Assembly: GCA_002269645.1 (NCBI GenBank)
Contig: NIVC01002526.1
Location: 19,880 to 83,879 of the forward strand
Source of the DNA: Macrostomum lignano
Lineage: Eukaryota
Direction of reading: 5' to 3'
DNA length: 64,000 bases
In this document: positions 61,601-64,000 of the stretch, in pieces
Position numbering within the stretch: position 1 is the stretch's first letter
Layout: every line of letters begins with the position of its first letter
Notes under the pieces: model-generated
The model's database searches: none
What the model was told of the DNA's origin: nothing
The model's input: the letters and a program-made list of their open reading frames with translations, nothing else
Translations under genes and position numbers: made by a program

Positions 61601-62672
61601 ACAAACTACTGAAAAAAGTAGATCCTCCGTTTTTAAAAACTAGGTTAAAAATGAAACTGTCAATTAAATATTTTCTGCATTCTGTTGTTAAACTACGAGC
61701 TGGAATAGTCTAGATTCGAACCCTTCTCTAAAATTATTGCATCCTACCTTGCGCTCTCACCGCCTTTCCCGAACTCGCAGCTGTTTTTGTCCTCCATCCC
61801 GTGGTACCCGTTCTACTGGCACAGCATCATCATGGCCACCTTCGCCTCTTTTGTCGGCCCGTTTGGCGGCTTCTTTGCGTCCGGATTCAAGCGCGCCTTC
61901 AAAATCAAGGACTTTGGCGACCTGATTCCCGCCATGGCGGCATGACTGACCGATTCGACTGCCAGATCATCATGGGCACCTTCGTCTATGTGTACTTCCA
62001 GACCTTCATCATGTGAGCTGACTCTCTTTTGTTTTACGCTATATGCTACTTATAGCAGGCTAGTAGGTTAATTAGATTAATTTAATTTTGAGTTTTAATT
62101 TTGAGTTTTAATTTTGAGTTTTAATTTTATTTAATTGAGTTTTAATTTTGATCATAGATATCAGTCAGTGGCTTCTTAGTCTAGCCCATTAAACTGTCTA
62201 ATATGCAGTTGATTGCTAGTCTAGCCCATAGAACTGAATAATGGGCAGTGGATTGCTAGTCTAGCCCATAGAACTGAATAATGGGCAGTGGATTGCTAGT
62301 CTAGCCCATAGAACTGAATAATGGGCAGTGGATTGCTAGTCTAGCCCATAAAACTGGATAATGGTCAGTGGATTGCTAGTCTAGCCATAGAACTGAATAA
62401 TGGGCAGTGGATTGCTAGTCTAGCCCATAGAACTGAATAATGGGCAGTGGATTGCTAGTCTAGCCCATAGAACTGGATAATGGGCAGTGAGTTGCTTAGC
62501 TCATCGCATACTCAACACCTTTTTTGTAATCCAACTGTTCAGGGTAACCTCGCCGCACCACCTGTTGCGGCAGGTGTACTCACTCAGACCGGATGACCAG
62601 CTGAAATTCTACGAGGCCCTGACGGACGGCCTGACTAAGCGAGGCCTGCTGAACGGCACAACGGGCATCTGA
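49665..62672 (+). CDS. CDS: CDP-diacylglycerol synthase (phosphatidate cytidylyltransferase), 8 exons, apparent 1-nt frameshift in exon 7
   Basis: Exons 49665-49766 (tentative), 53133-53363, 53456-53632, 54829-54948, 55030-55112, 55978-56275, 61781-62012, 62543-62672. Motifs [103 protein letters not shown]. One G is missing at ~61931. Confidence 0.93.
50254..50867. repeat. Inverted repeat pair (probable MITE sub-termini) in AT-rich CDS intron 1
   Basis: AAATTTGCCACACTCAGGAAGGTGTAC (50254-50280) versus GTGACACCTTCCTGAGTATGGTAAATTT (50840-50867). Confidence 0.55.
51405..51550. repeat. 23-bp short tandem repeat
   Basis: Unit TCTAGTGTATTAGTCTGATAGCA, about 6 copies. Confidence 0.85.
52645..53004 (-). 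mobile_element. tRNA-derived SINE, full-length, 15-bp TSD and A-rich tail
   Basis: CTAGACTTGCATGTA is duplicated at 52630-52644 and 53005-53019. Head GGGGCCGTAGCCTAGCTCGG...CCAGGCTCGATTCC; 3' end ...CCTCTAATAAAAAA. Confidence 0.85.
53785..54730. repeat. 20-bp minisatellite in CDS intron 3
   Basis: Unit AGACTGGGTGTCTTCAGAGT, about 47 copies. Confidence 0.98.
55165..55880. repeat. 27-bp minisatellite in CDS intron 5
   Basis: Unit GAGATTTCGATTGAGCTGATTTCATGT, about 26 copies. Confidence 0.97.
56303..57068. repeat. 23-bp minisatellite in CDS intron 6
   Basis: Unit CAGACTGAGTGATTCTCATGCAT/C, about 33 copies. Confidence 0.97.
57517..58731. mobile_element. Third copy of the P-like MITE (left tip deleted, contains a nested MITE)
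   Basis: 57517-57600 matches the left arm (CTACGGAGAT..GGAAGTTTT..CAGCAC.AAAATTG..ATTGC..TCGATAGGA.GCAGACCCAATGTT). 58390-58731 matches the core and right arm, ending GAGTAGTCCTTG. Confidence 0.8.
57619..58059. mobile_element. PIF/Harbinger-like MITE with 3-bp CAG TSD
   Basis: Left GGGGGTCTTTCTCGAAA and right TTTTGAGAAATACCCC, flanked by CAG on both sides. The left-end 25-mer is repeated internally at ~57916. Dispersed TTACGA/TCGTAA motifs. Confidence 0.55.
58719..59475. repeat. 50-bp minisatellite made of the MITE terminus plus adjacent SINE sequence
   Basis: Unit TGAGTAGTCCTTG+TGTCAGGCATGTACACACCCTCTGTGCCTTGGTGGGG, about 15 copies, beginning exactly at the MITE right end. Confidence 0.95.
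61239..61475. repeat. 85-bp tandem repeat (~2.8 copies) with CCAAT-like motifs
   Basis: Units start at 61239, 61324 and 61409; ATTGGC occurs twice per unit. Confidence 0.9.
62210..62490. repeat. 40-bp minisatellite in CDS intron 7
   Basis: Unit GATTGCTAGTCTAGCCCATAGAACTGAATAATGGGCAGTG, about 7 copies, preceded by TTTTAATTTTGAG repeats at ~62085-62150. Confidence 0.95.
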
Positions 62673-64000
62673 ACTCGACTTTTCTAAGTATCCGTGTTGG
62701 ATACGGTTGAATCCAAGCTGAAAATTGAGTGGGAATTTACCTTAGGGGACTTAGTCGTTGCAAATATTTTGTTCTCGTATTCGTTGTTAAAGCCCATTTG
62801 TCTTGCTCCGCTCGTCCTACTTAGCGATGAACTGTATATTGTACTCGAGTTGTTATTATTCTACAAGACTGTTAGAGTCCATTTGAGTCTGTTTACGGGC
62901 CATATTCGAGTAGCTGTTTCATCTGTAGTTTGAATCTGTGCTTCGTGGAATTATCCTTTATTTTAGCCGCTCGTAGAATACTGTTGTTTATCCCTCTGAT
63001 TATTAAATTGTTACTGTCTGTGTTTACAAAGTCAATAATTTTCGTGAAAGTAGTCCTGCATCTATGGGTGTCGATAGTATACATGGCCAAGAAATATAAG
63101 TGTCCACGTCAAAATGTTTTCTGTAGAGATTGCGATGGCAGGCATTTGTTCGTCGATTTTTTTTGTGGAAAGTGCAATAATGTTTGTTATTGTGCAATGT
63201 AATATTATTATAATCGAATTTGATATTCGATGTCCCCTCTGTACTTTTTTCACTGTCTGTTAGCCATCGTATTTTTATAACTTTGTGGGGGGGGGGGGTT
63301 GAGTAGGCTCTACTCATTCTTGTGTGTTTGGAGCTTTATTCAAACACGTAAATAAACTGTAACCCGCTACTGAGACTGCAGCCTGCTAGCCCTAGATTCG
63401 ATGCAATGATTGTTGCATTGCATTCCTGGATTGTCCTCCCGTTTTTGTGAGACAAATTGAATAGCCAGTTAAATCTGCTCTCTTTTACTGTGCATTGTTT
63501 TGATGCTTTTTGTGTTTCTACCTTGCTTTTCTGAGTTCCTCATCTTTCACACCCATGAAGCAGCGTCTGCCCGATTGGAAGCTCGAGGTTGCCGTCTCGT
63601 GCAAATCGTTTTCTAATGCTAGTTTCTTTTTATTTTATCATTGTAATTGTTGTGTAGAGCCGCTCCTATATACCTATACACTGTAAATCTTCATGTTTGG
63701 CTCTCCGCCTCGCACTCGACACATTTCTTTGCGTGTGGTGTTAAAACCAGCCAGTCAACTTGAATCTATTCAAATTCATCCATTTTGTAATGATTATTTT
63801 GTTATTTCGCTTCGATCTGTGTAGTTAGTAAAATTTGTTACCTTCTGTTATACACTTGCGCTTATATGGCACTTTTGCTACTGTATATCCTCACTACAGG
63901 AACTGCGGCGATTATTCTGAGCACACCGTGTCAGCTAATTAATAGCAATAATAAATACTGTTTGTAGTAAAGCAGTTTATGCAATATTTTCACACCACTT

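Overview
Eukaryotic (animal) genomic DNA with GC-rich exons, short GT-AG introns and a private minisatellite in most large introns. This style suggests a flatworm such as Macrostomum, but that assignment is inference. I assembled spliced gene models by hand, checking exon phase at every junction. Recognisable genes: RhoGDI (+, 2 exons), TMEM41A-like (+, 5 exons), a divergent Nemo-like kinase (-, 8 exons) and CDP-diacylglycerol synthase (+, 8 exons, with a 1-nt frameshift in the conserved IPGHGG motif). Uncharacterised genes: a disordered ~357-aa ORF, a ~572-aa PTB-like protein, and a ~1108-aa acidic protein with a 16-aa repeat. Mobile DNA includes an intact intron-containing Crypton-type tyrosine recombinase flanked by GGCAATG inverted/palindromic sites, and a P-like MITE family (CAAGG termini, 8-bp TSD) that repeatedly carries or seeds minisatellites. 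Also present are a tRNA-derived SINE family (one copy with a 15-bp TSD), an RTE retrotransposon 3' fragment and other MITEs. About 25 tandem arrays explain most long ORFs in the ORF track. No CRISPR array, rRNA or canonical tRNA gene was found.
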